NCBI RefSeq assembly: GCF_006345805.1
Contig: NC_042997.1
Location: forward strand, 28,644,001-28,708,000
Direction: 5' to 3'
Origin: Octopus sinensis
Lineage: Eukaryota
DNA: 64,000 nt
Shown here: positions 53,042 to 64,000 of the stretch, piece after piece
Layout of the letters: each line of letters starts with the position of its first letter
Position numbering within the stretch: the first letter of the stretch is position 1
Program-made: the position numbers and the translations under genes
Notes under the pieces: generated by a model
The model's database searches: none
Seen by the model: only the letters and a program-made list of their open reading frames with translations
What the model was told of the DNA's origin: nothing

Positions 53042-53569
53042 ATGATAATAATGGAATATTTTAGAAATTTCTGTCAATCTTTTTTGAGTAGCGTGCGTAT
53101 TGTGAAAAATTATATGGTTATGGACAAGGTGTCTAATTTCGGCATAATTGGCATTAGAAATTTTTTCGTTTGCCCTTATTTATAAGTTGTTTATATATAT
53201 ATATATATATATATATGTATAAAGATATATAACAAAATCTACCATGAAAAAAATTTACAAATGATAAAATATAATAATCATAAGTTACAATGTAAAAAGT
53301 AGAGCGTAATAACGTAAAAACAACGTAACAAATGGCGTAAAATATCGTACAAAATATGTATGTTCAATCTACCATTGTATAACATGGTCATAATACGTGC
53401 TAAGTTCAGCGTAATGTCGCAAGGCTCGGCGAAGATAATTACATTACCACATACTTGCTAGGATTTGATGAATTCCATGGGGACTTCTATCTCTAAATAG
53501 CATATATATATATATATATATATATATAATCGTTTTCTAAGTAGGATCCTACACATCTCTACAAAATTA

Positions 53570-54110
53570 ATCTCCTAATGATTTCGCTGTACTTGTAGAA
53601 AGGGCCTGGCCACTTCGTTAATGCACCATTCAAGTCACTCAAATGTAAGCATCAAAATATCTTTCATCTTTTCAAGGCATTCGAAATTATTGACCCTCAG
53701 TTTTTCCTTCAGTTTTGAAGCAACTAAAATTTACAGGGAGCAAAGTATTCAGTATAGTGTGGGTTAATTTTAATGCCCATCTCTGTCAAGTGCTTGGGGA
53801 CTAGGATGGAATTGTGTACACGTTCATATTCCTGCTGCAGTTGCAACCAACCCTTAATAAGAGCTTCTTCTTTTCGCTAGGAAATCTATTCTTGAACACC
53901 CTTACAATCTTTAAGAAGTTCTCATTATTGACCGTCTGACCTGAGGAAACCCAGTGAGTATAGATGATATCCATAGCGGCGAAGAAAGCGACCGTTATAT
54001 GGTCCCTGTTGCACCTGCATTACCTAGAGTACGTGTGTCTGTGGGGTTGGCGCATTTTATCATGCTTGTGTCTCGTAAGCAGTTTTCAACAATTAGTTCT
54101 TGTATCACCA
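53570..54110 (-). mobile_element. Degenerate mariner transposase C-terminal remnant
   Basis: Minus frames read VAFFAAMDIIYTHWVSSGQTVNNENF, HNSILVPKHLTEMGIK and FAPCKF. Confidence 0.65.
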
Positions 54111-54570
54111 AATCGTTTGCAAATAATCAATGTGCGTGTGTGTGTGTTTGTGTGTGTGTGTGGATGTGTGTGCATATGCATGTATGTATACATCGATAGA
54201 TTAATGAATAGCTGGACGTATGAATGTGCTTATTTACATATATATACAAATATATACAAACATATGTATATGTGTGTATATCTATCCAAATATAAACCGA
54301 CTACTAATTTAGAAGCATAAATATACGCTATATCGGCAAGATTTTAAAATCCAATTCTTACTCCAGATTTTATGTAGTAGAATAGGAAACTAATAATGAG
54401 AGAGTAAATGTTTCTCAGCCTCCACCACTCCACTGTTATGTAGGCAACATTCTTGGTTATGATGACATTTTAATTTAAATTCTCTATGTGGAATTGATTT
54501 ATTTGAATAGGTAGTATATCCTTTCAAAACGATGTAAGATACAAAATAATTCATTCGGTTTATATATCAA

Positions 54571-55469
54571 CTAGCTGACGTACCTGGTAAATCCCAGGAA
54601 AGTGGGTCTTATCCCTTGGTTCCGTTCTCATAATTGTTTCGATAATCCCATAACAATAATACAAAGTATGTAGCCCTTAAAACAGTTATTGTATATTTAC
54701 GGAGATACCGAAATGTCTTACAGAGGATGTTGTGTTTAGTAATTCCCAATAAGTTATGAATACCCTATGTAATAAGATGAAATTACTTGATAGTAAGAAT
54801 TCAAATGAAGTAGCCCCGAAAAGGGCTTTAATGCGTTCCCAGAGTATATAGAACATAGGAGTAAATACTATTAAGGTATGTATACTAAAATCACAAAGCA
54901 TGTTACGTTATAACAGGCTAATCAGATGTGAGATAACAGTTCAAAATAAATAACTCTGAAAGGAGCTTTTGTGCGTTCCAGAGGCGCAAGTGTTTCCTCA
55001 GGGGCGCTAGTGCTGTCATATTCGTGAATAATTCTCTGAACGAAATAATTGGCTCTATTGTTTAGGAAATACTATTTACTTGTTAAGGGGTGTGCTGGAT
55101 AAATTGAGTAAATAACTCTGACAGTTAAAATAATAAGAAATAAGAATGCTGAATTTGATTTATAGCAAATAATTTAGTAAAATGACGGGTTGTTTCCCTT
55201 GGCTATATATAAGGATCCCATCCAGGGGCGAATGGGTATTATTTCCGTTGGTTTTAAAATAGAATATTATATATATATATATAATATATAAGGATTCCTT
55301 CCAGGGGCCTATTATCCAATTTTTCAAGAATCTGAGTATACCATGAGGTTTACAGACATGAATTCTACTCATGTATCAAGTTTCATCAAAATTGTTGAAA
55401 TGATGTAGTAAGTGTTAGGTAACAACCCTGCAAACAAAAAAAGACAGAATTTCCAATATGTGTAGTAGA
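54571..55469 (-). mobile_element. Non-autonomous Helitron (~900 bp)
   Basis: The minus strand starts TC(tactac) at 55469 and ends with the hairpin cctgg(gattta)ccagg, 8 nt and CTAG at 54571. It sits at an A|T insertion site. Confidence 0.68.
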
Positions 55470-56093
55470 TATCAATAATAAACGCTGTAGAAGTAATTGC
55501 AACAACTTTTACGAGAGAGTTGCATTTCAAATAAAACATTTTAAATCCTTTTTAATTAGAACATACAGTCATGCAAAGAGCGGCTCTATGTGAAGCATTC
55601 GTTTCATACCACAACATATACGCAGAACATTCTTCTGTAATTGCATTTATGTTGAACTGTTTATCTAGTGATTAAAGCATTTGTATTGAGATTAAAGTTT
55701 CTTTCTACGCCAATGAGTTATAATGATATCCAGATAAGTTTTCTGTGAAACTTCGTGATATGCTTGAAATCGAGTAATGTGCACAGATTAATGTGACAAA
55801 AATAACTATAAGAAGGGGAAAGTATGGGGAAAGTAGCCAAGATTTCTTTTCTTTTTTACATTTCCGCCTATTTGCTGTGGAAAATTCTATATATCTCTCT
55901 CCTTCTCGTTGAACACTCACAAACATGTTTAGATCAACACCTAGACATACATATATACGTACATGTGTGTGTATGTGAGTGAGTGTATGAGTGTATATGT
56001 TTGAATGTGTAACGTAAGCATGCATGAATGACCGACATTTACTATAATTCGCCTTGGTGACAGAAAAAATAATAAATGAGATTATTTCACTTT

Positions 56094-56147
<54 letters not shown>

Positions 56148-56322
56148 TACACTGATTTTGACCACATCTGCAATGCAGCGAGATGGGGACACTTATTGAG
56201 TACTAATTCTATTGAACGTTTCTTTTTACGGTGTGGTTTAGATTAAACAATTATGATTCGGTAGAGACGTAGCATAAAAGGTATCATACTGCGTTGATGA
56301 CTGGTTAATTACGCTGAACAAG

Positions 56323-56422
56323 NNNNNNNNNNNNNNNNNNNNNNNNNNNNNNNNNNNNNNNNNNNNNNNNNNNNNNNNNNNNNNNNNNNNNNNNNNNNNN
56401 NNNNNNNNNNNNNNNNNNNNNN
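56323..56422. other. Assembly gap (100 N)
   Basis: Direct reading. Confidence 1.
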
Positions 56423-56739
56423 AAAAGTCACTGATCTCGAAAAAGTGTAAACAAGCAATAATAAATCTGCAAGCGAGGTATAATCAGCAGCAGCACGTCA
56501 TTGTGAAGTATATTTGCCGCTTAAATGTGGCTAACTCGAGTCCGTGTGTATCACGTCAGGTTGGAGATGGAAAGGACGTCTTCCTTTTGCAAATACAGAT
56601 AGGGTACAGCTGGAGGAGGTGTCTTCCTGGGGCTACAAGCTACAGTAGAATCCCCCCTTAATGGTTAGCCACATTTAAGTGGGAAATATACTTCACGATG
56701 TCGTTCAGCTACACTTTATACCTTGCTCACAAATTTATG

Positions 56740-57077
<338 letters not shown>

Positions 57078-57214
57078 AAAAACACAAATTTCCACACAAG
57101 AACCCGGAGTTTCTACCCTTGACAGGTCGCTTCAATCGTGTTTTCTGACGTGAATTTGCTACCCAGGTATCGATTAAACGAATTTTCCATGCTAGGATAA
57201 TTCATTCACCTACT

Positions 57215-57329
<115 letters not shown>

Positions 57330-57539
57330 ATGTATTATTTATATTATTGTTTGATTGAATGCCACGCATCCATTTCCAAGTAATTTTATATATATATATA
57401 TATATTCATAAGTATAATGTATGATCACTAACGCATACGTATTAGCTTAAATATGTTTGTGCGTGTTAATGTTCACCACTATATTATTCTATTATTCATA
57501 CAGTATATGTTGTTAACAATACATGCATACATGCAAATG

Positions 57540-57920
57540 TGGAGGTGCAATGGCTCAGTGATTAACGTACCGGATTCACAGTCTTAGGATCGCGATTTCG
57601 ATCCGCAGTCCGGACGTTGTAAGTGTTTATTGAGCGAAGACACCTGATGCTCCACGAGGCTTCGGCAGGGGGTGTGGTGGTGAACGCTGCTGTAATCTTT
57701 CACCACAACTTTCTCTCACTCTTTCTTCCAGCTTCTCTTGTGCCAGTATTTAAAAGACCCAGCCTTGTCACACACCGTGTCGCGCTGAATCTATCTGAGA
57801 ACAACGTTAAGGGTACGCGTGTATGGGGAGTGGCTACTTGCCCGTTAATTTCACGAGCAGGCTGTTATGCTGATGGGGTGAACTGGAACCCTCGTCGTCG
57901 TAATCGACGGATTGCCACGA
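57540..57920 (+). mobile_element. tRNA-derived SINE, family 3 (diverged)
   Basis: Collinear with the reverse complement of 48872-49249; possible TSD atacatg(c/t)aa. Confidence 0.85.
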
Positions 57921-58764
57921 TACATGTAAGCCAAGTTATTACGTAAGAAATTTTTTTTTTTTACATTTGCACCTTAACCCAAAATATCTATATGTATACT
58001 TCATAGAGTTCACTACACTTATGAAGAGGACGTTTAGATAGAACGGCTGTACTATAAACACACAAGTGCAAAATGAATTTTGCTGAATTGCCAGTATAGT
58101 ATATAATATATTATTCTATTATTCATAATCCAATCTCGTTTAATCAAATATAATCGTTATTATGACTGAATTCTTGATATACGCGAAAGAACAGTGCTTT
58201 TTCTTTTTTTTTATAGGAGTGAACGTTTTATTTTCATTGCAGCTGAATTACGAAATATTATTTATCTACTCCATCGTCTGATGTTCCCCTACTCTATGTG
58301 ATTACTAAATGTATAAACAAATGTTGTCTTTTGCCTCTTACGTAATGCGAAATTCGACCTTTACAATATGATATTTAACTTGAGAGATTAACAGTAGCAC
58401 TACAAAAAACACTTGAAGCCATGCACTCATTGCATAGTATGTGTAAGTAATTTTAATTAAGAACGAAATAAATTTGCATCGTATACTTCCTCTTCTTGCA
58501 CAACGACATTACGTTAATATTAAATTTATCCTCATAAGAATTATAGATATAATTAATTGCAATTAATTGGAAAATATCTTGAACAAATTAGTGCTGTTTA
58601 AATATATCTAGTTGTTAAGTGCACAAAAATCAAATAAAAAAAAACAACCAACTGAATACACGAAACTTAGTTTAAATAGTTTAAATTCATGTAAACTATA
58701 TCTACATGAATTTTCGTATTAATATTCGTCTAATAATTTATGATTATGTTCCTTTTACCTTTCA

Positions 58765-59000
58765 CATGTTTCGCTCATTTGGTGGGGACCATTCTGGAGC
58801 ACCGCCTTGAAAGGTTTTAGTCGAACAAATGGACACCAGGACTTAGTGTTTGCATGCTTTGTAATAATTCTGTCGCTCTCTCTCTTCTCGAACCATTTCT
58901 TTACGTGGACGTAAACACACCAGCAGCGATTGTCAAGCGATGGTGGGTACAAACACACGCAAAAAGTGACACATATACGTATATGTGAGTGTGTATGTGT
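58765..59000 (-). mobile_element. Family-2 SINE, 3' half, diverged
   Basis: Reverse complement contains aaggcggtgctccag and ttgacaatcgctgctggtgtgtttacgtc. Confidence 0.7.
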
Positions 59001-59093
59001 TTATATATATATATATTTATATATATGTATAAATAAACAATTGTAGCCTGGATGCTGTTTGTAAGCCATTTCCGAATACACAACAACCGTTAA

Positions 59094-59271
59094 TTTGACT
59101 TCAACATTTAAATTTAACTTGTGTCAATATATCAATTTTCCGTGGCTTTGAAATAGCCAGCAGTTCCCTGACAAAACTTCGTGCGGCACGAAGTTTTGTC
59201 AGCGAACAGGTCACGTTTTCAAAGCGACGAAAATATTTTGACACAAATTAAATATAAATGTTGAAGTGAAA
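59094..59271. mobile_element. Fold-back / MITE-like palindrome (~180 bp)
   Basis: Perfect 16-bp inner arms ctgacaaaacttcgtg/cacgaagttttgtcag around cgg, with imperfect outer arms. Confidence 0.7.
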
Positions 59272-59383
59272 CTAAAGATTTTTGTGAGTTCTTAAGTGGC
59301 TACAAACGTTTGCCACGCTGCAATTGTTTTTGTTTCAGAACATGATCTTAGATTAAGTCACTTGCTATGCAAGTACATCTCCG

Positions 59384-59430
<47 letters not shown>

Positions 59431-59431
<1 letters not shown>

Positions 59432-59729
59432 TATTATATTAAATTAGAGATAAAACCACTATTAGGCAAACCATACAATGAAAAACTTAAGCCAATACAT
59501 AAGATTAATTAATTTATATTATTTAAAATATATATCAAAATTATTAAAAATTTTTAATTTTGATATATATTTTAAATAATATAAATTAATTAATCTTATG
59601 TATTGGCTTAAGTTTTTCATTGTATGATTTGCCTAATAGTGGTTTTATCTCTAATTTAATATAATATAATATTTTACTATAAAATTTGATTTTTCCCTGT
59701 AAGTTTGGATTTATTCCCTAATATTTTAT

Positions 59730-59730
<1 letters not shown>
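59431..59730. mobile_element. Fold-back element (237-bp near-perfect palindrome + tail); same architecture as 40263-40540
   Basis: 59431-59667 is self-complementary, with one arm mismatch seen; flanked by (TA)n. Confidence 0.82.
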
Positions 59731-59787
<57 letters not shown>

Positions 59788-59796
59788 CGTTTATGT

Positions 59797-60347
59797 CAGG
59801 TCACTTTCGAGTGCAACTGGTAACATGTAACCCAGTACAACCTGTTGCATGGTCGGGTAGTCGGTGACAAAACCGGCAACCCCACCAAGCTTGCTTAGTG
59901 AGGAGGGTGTTTATTGGACACCCTGCGGGTTGAAAAACAAAACCCGTCAAAGGGCGGAGGAACTCTTGAGAGTCAACGGCCATCCAATAAATGTCTTAAG
60001 GATGTATCATGCGCGGGGACATAGAAATAATCGGACTGAATACCCGATCGCAGGGTTAAAACATTGGTAGTGAAGGACTCCTAGCCTTTGTTAGGGCATC
60101 CTTCTAGGAGTAGGTAACTCAGGTAACTGGGATTACTCCAACATAAAACCTACAGCTCAGTGGTTACCAATGATGTTGAATTGTTCTTCTTTTCGGATTA
60201 TGGCTGTTGTTGCTTAGTGAGTGGGATTGACTCAGTGCACAGCCTTCCCTCACTTTAAAAAAAATCTTCTTGCACAGTCATTGCACGATAACAACATTGA
60301 TTAAGCTTCGCGCAATGGCCATTCTCGATAACAAGTGGGCAGCAACC
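59797..60347 (+). mobile_element. Non-coding, hairpin-rich element resembling an RTE-type 5' UTR derivative
   Basis: GC-richer island with many short stems, no ORF, flanked by (ATGT)n on both sides. The family assignment is by recollection only. Confidence 0.45.
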
Positions 60348-60444
60348 ATGTATGTATGTATGTATGTATGTATGTATGTATGTATGTATGTATGTATGTA
60401 TGTATGTATGTATGTATGTATGTGCGTGTGTGCATTCATACATA

Positions 60445-60605
60445 TAGAACGGGCTTCTTTCAGTTACTATCTACCTTAGCCAGTCAGAAGGATTTGGTCA
60501 ACCAGAGGTAATAGTAGAAGACACTTGCTCAACGCCGCTCGCAGTGAGACTGAAAATGGCACCATGTTGTTGGGAAGCAACATTCTAACCGCACGGCCAC
60601 ATCTA
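60445..60605 (-). mobile_element. Family-2 SINE 5' half, diverged
   Basis: Reverse complement contains gtggccgtgcggttagaatg and gagcaagtgtcttctact. Confidence 0.65.
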
Positions 60606-60755
60606 AACACACACACACACAAACACACATATATATATATATGTAATGTGGATGTATATAATTGTGAACGCACATATGGTTTCTAAGGTGAATGAAAAAT
60701 GTGCGCATTCAAAAGTGGATGAAATGCAAATATCTCAAATTCCAAAATATTAGCT

Positions 60756-61150
60756 GGATGAAGGAGTGGTTGTGTGCTAAGTAGCTTGCTTACGAACCAC
60801 ACGGTTCCGGTGTTGAGTACCACTGTGTGAGACCTTAGGCAAAAGTCTTCTACTATAACCCCGGGCCTACCAAAACCTTGTGAGTGGATTTGGTAGACGG
60901 AAACAGAAAGAAGACCATCGTATATACATATATAAATGTATATATTTCTGTGTTTGTCTTCGTCCCCCACCATCACTCTGACAACCAATGTTGGTGTGTT
61001 TACGTTCCCGTAAGAAATCGGTTGCATAAAACAGACCAATAGAATAAGTACTAGGCTTACGAAAAATAAGTCATGTGACCAATTTATTCGACGAAAGGCG
61101 GTGCTTCGGCATGGCTGCAATCAAATGACTGAGATAAAGCACTAAAAGAC
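60756..61150 (+). mobile_element. Family-2 SINE, diverged full length
   Basis: Collinear with 51898-52315. Confidence 0.8.
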
Positions 61151-61293
61151 TAATTCCATTCTGCATTTCTGCGTGCATTTCTTTCATTAAAAAACTAGTG
61201 CGTACGTGTGTATAGATAGGTGAATAGATAGATAGATATTGTTACGCACATATGAATGTCATTTTTGGTGTATATGATATATATATGTATATA

Positions 61294-61377
<84 letters not shown>

Positions 61378-61380
61378 TAT

Positions 61381-64000
61381 AAACTGCCGGCGTGGTTTAT
61401 ATACATTTAGAGTGCTTATATTTGTATATGTATTTATTTTAATGCTATTTCTAATCACTTAAGATCCAGCGTTCTGGGAGAACTATGACAGTACAATAAA
61501 CTATATGACCTTCCATAAATTTATTATTTCAAACAAAGTGTATATTGCATAACAGTCAAAATTATTTCTGTAAGAATATTTGCGATTACTTTGCGATGTA
61601 TCCATTATTGTTACGCGCATAATACAGAAGGAAAGCACATGTATAAACAGACAAATATCTTTGGCATACGTATATACAGCCTATGTTACTTAAGGTGAAA
61701 AAAATGAGACGAGATTGAATCTTATAAACAAAAATGAAGAATACGTTTTCATGTAGAGTTTGACTTACTGAATTTTTTTAAAACCAAGTCAAGACTTGTG
61801 GAAAAGTCGAAATACAATTCTGCGGTGAAATTTTTAAATTCATACACAATGCCTGGCACCATCCTCTGATATATGTTTGTTTATACTCATAACCTGATAA
61901 GCTAGTAAACCTTTTTCGGACGCGTTCCTTTGTCTCTAGAGCATTTATACTTTTATGTCGTAAAGTGGAAACCAGTGCTAGATGCTCCCATTCCCGTTAT
62001 ACAATTGTGATACATTCCTCTCTTGCCCGATATTTTTTGTATTTAGCAAATAGTCAATCATAATCTAAATGTAATATATTGTGTACTGATGGTGAGTAAT
62101 TGTTCAGCGCGCAAATATGATAGTGCTTGCGTGGTTTCTAATGTGAATGCAAAATGTGCACCTTTAAAAGTAGATGAAATAAAAATATTTCAAATTACAA
62201 AATACTAGCTGGATACACTGACCCGAATAAATTACTTATATATACATCATAACCCGAGAGATGTCACAGAAAGAAGTTAAAAGTCTGAAAGTAGAATCTT
62301 AGGAAGTGTGTTCCATGTGAAGTAGATTAGTGAAGTGTAAACTGTCGCTTTTTGTAGCTACTGATAGAAACTTTGGTGAATTACAGCTTAGGGTTAAGAA
62401 GGATATAGACTGAATTACTGAGCTCACAAATACTATCGTACAACCATGTAATTCATTGTATGCTTCAAAATGTTTCAAATTTGCTTAACGAAAAAGTGAA
62501 ATAATGCAGGAAAAGATTAAAACTTAAAAACTAAAAAAATGGAACCATAAATGGAAAGGTAAAAGTAGAGAAAACGGTTTTGTAATATATGAACAATGTG
62601 TGCTTTGGATGCATGAGTAATGCTGTTTAAATAAGAGAATTAAACACACACACATGGATAACATGTATGAAATCGAATCAAATAGCTGATGTATGTGTGT
62701 GAATCTGCAGATTACGAATGAGTTATGCAGGAACAAGTGTAGCGAAATGAGTAGAAGTAGAAGCAGAGGGAATATGTAAATATTTGTGTTGAAGCATAAG
62801 AAAACGGGTATATCCATTGACGAAATTAAGGTACGTGTGTACTTTAAGAAAGCAAGCATTTAATGGAAAAGCAAAAGATTGAAAAACAAAACAAAATGCC
62901 ACATGTGGTAAAAAAATTCTGTATATGTTTATCCCTTTACGTAGACGACTCTAACGTCTTAACACTCACAGAAGTTGACCTACAACACTTCATGAATTAT
63001 TTACTCAACTTAATATTTGGCGTTTGGATTTACTTTTAGCCTCACAAAAGCCAAAGTAATGCTTACACCTGGTCCTAGGAAACCATGTATAAAACTCTGT
63101 ATCAGAGTGCATGGGACCAAGTTGGAGGAAATTGATATATTTGCCTACTTGTTAAGGAAAGTTTCTTGGGTACTGAAATACATCTGCTCATGCTGAAAGT
63201 TTCGGTTACTTTACGAAAACTGGAAAAGCAAGTTTGTGTTGATGCCAATATTATTACCAACACGAAGGTGTGTGTATAATATCTGTGCTTTGACTACTGT
63301 TTCATGCATCTCCGACGCTTGGATGTTATAGCATAAATATATGAAATTGCTTCAGGTTTTTCAGCAGAATGGTCTAAGATGCACACTCAACATCAAGTGG
63401 CAAAAGGAACTTCTGATACCGATGTACCTGTCAGATCGGAATGCCTAAGGATATTAATTCCTAGTATTCACTTTTCAAAGACGCTAAACGATACACATTG
63501 TCTGCATAGAAGGGGGAAGAATCCCATAGGAATTATTTGATGGTGAGCTATCGCTTGAAAAACGTCCTCACAACAAACCGACAAAATATACGAAGAACAA
63601 CCTCAAAAAACTGGCTTTTGATATTGATGACTGAAAGGAAGTAGCTCTTAGTAAAGTTAAGTGGAGAATGCGCATAAAGTACAATTGTAAAAACTTCGAA
63701 GAGCACACCCTAGAACATCAACAACTCTTCCACCAAATCCGGAAAAGTCGTGTACACAATCTGGACAAGACTGGACATACAATTTCCTAACACACCAGTT
63801 ACTTTAATACCTCGTGATACGAAAGAACCAACGCACGTAACAGTATTCCCTAAATACTAAATTCGGAAAGATTTACAATGTCTTCAGTGCTATCTTAGTA
63901 CTTCCAGTTTCACCAAGATTTTGCAATTATATGTATGTCTGTTTGTATACAGCCAAACGCGCGTGCACGTCCATGTGAAAACATGATGGATACATGAGGG
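61381..64000. repeat. Right arm of the long inverted duplication (continues past the window end)
   Basis: Reverse complement of 1863-4476; begins right after (TA)n. Confidence 0.9.
62990..63910 (+). mobile_element. Degenerate RTE LINE fragment (duplicate of 1960-2870)
   Basis: Same motifs as the left copy. Confidence 0.7.

Overview
This is an AT-rich, microsatellite-dense eukaryotic window, probably from an octopus or other coleoid cephalopod (inferred from the SINE families and repeat content). I found no host protein-coding exon, tRNA gene, rRNA gene or CRISPR array that I can support. Everything recognisable is transposon-derived. Penelope-like elements (PLEs): two well-preserved copies joined head-to-head at 4532-10545, three older remnants, and an ORF-less PLE-like element. 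Hammerhead ribozymes (HHRs): four minimal type I HHRs read by eye, plus degenerate ones, nearly all next to a short tail and a (TA)n tract. Other retroelements: RTE and CR1/L2-type LINE fragments, a cluster of R4/Dong-type LINE fragments (one with an internal inversion), and three tRNA-derived SINE families. DNA elements: two mariner remnants, two non-autonomous Helitrons, a TTAA-flanked MITE and several fold-back elements. There is also an inverted duplication of at least 2.6 kb between the two ends of the window, and a 100-N gap at 56323-56422. All alignments, folds and identities were done by eye. Boundaries of degenerate elements are approximate (tens of bp).
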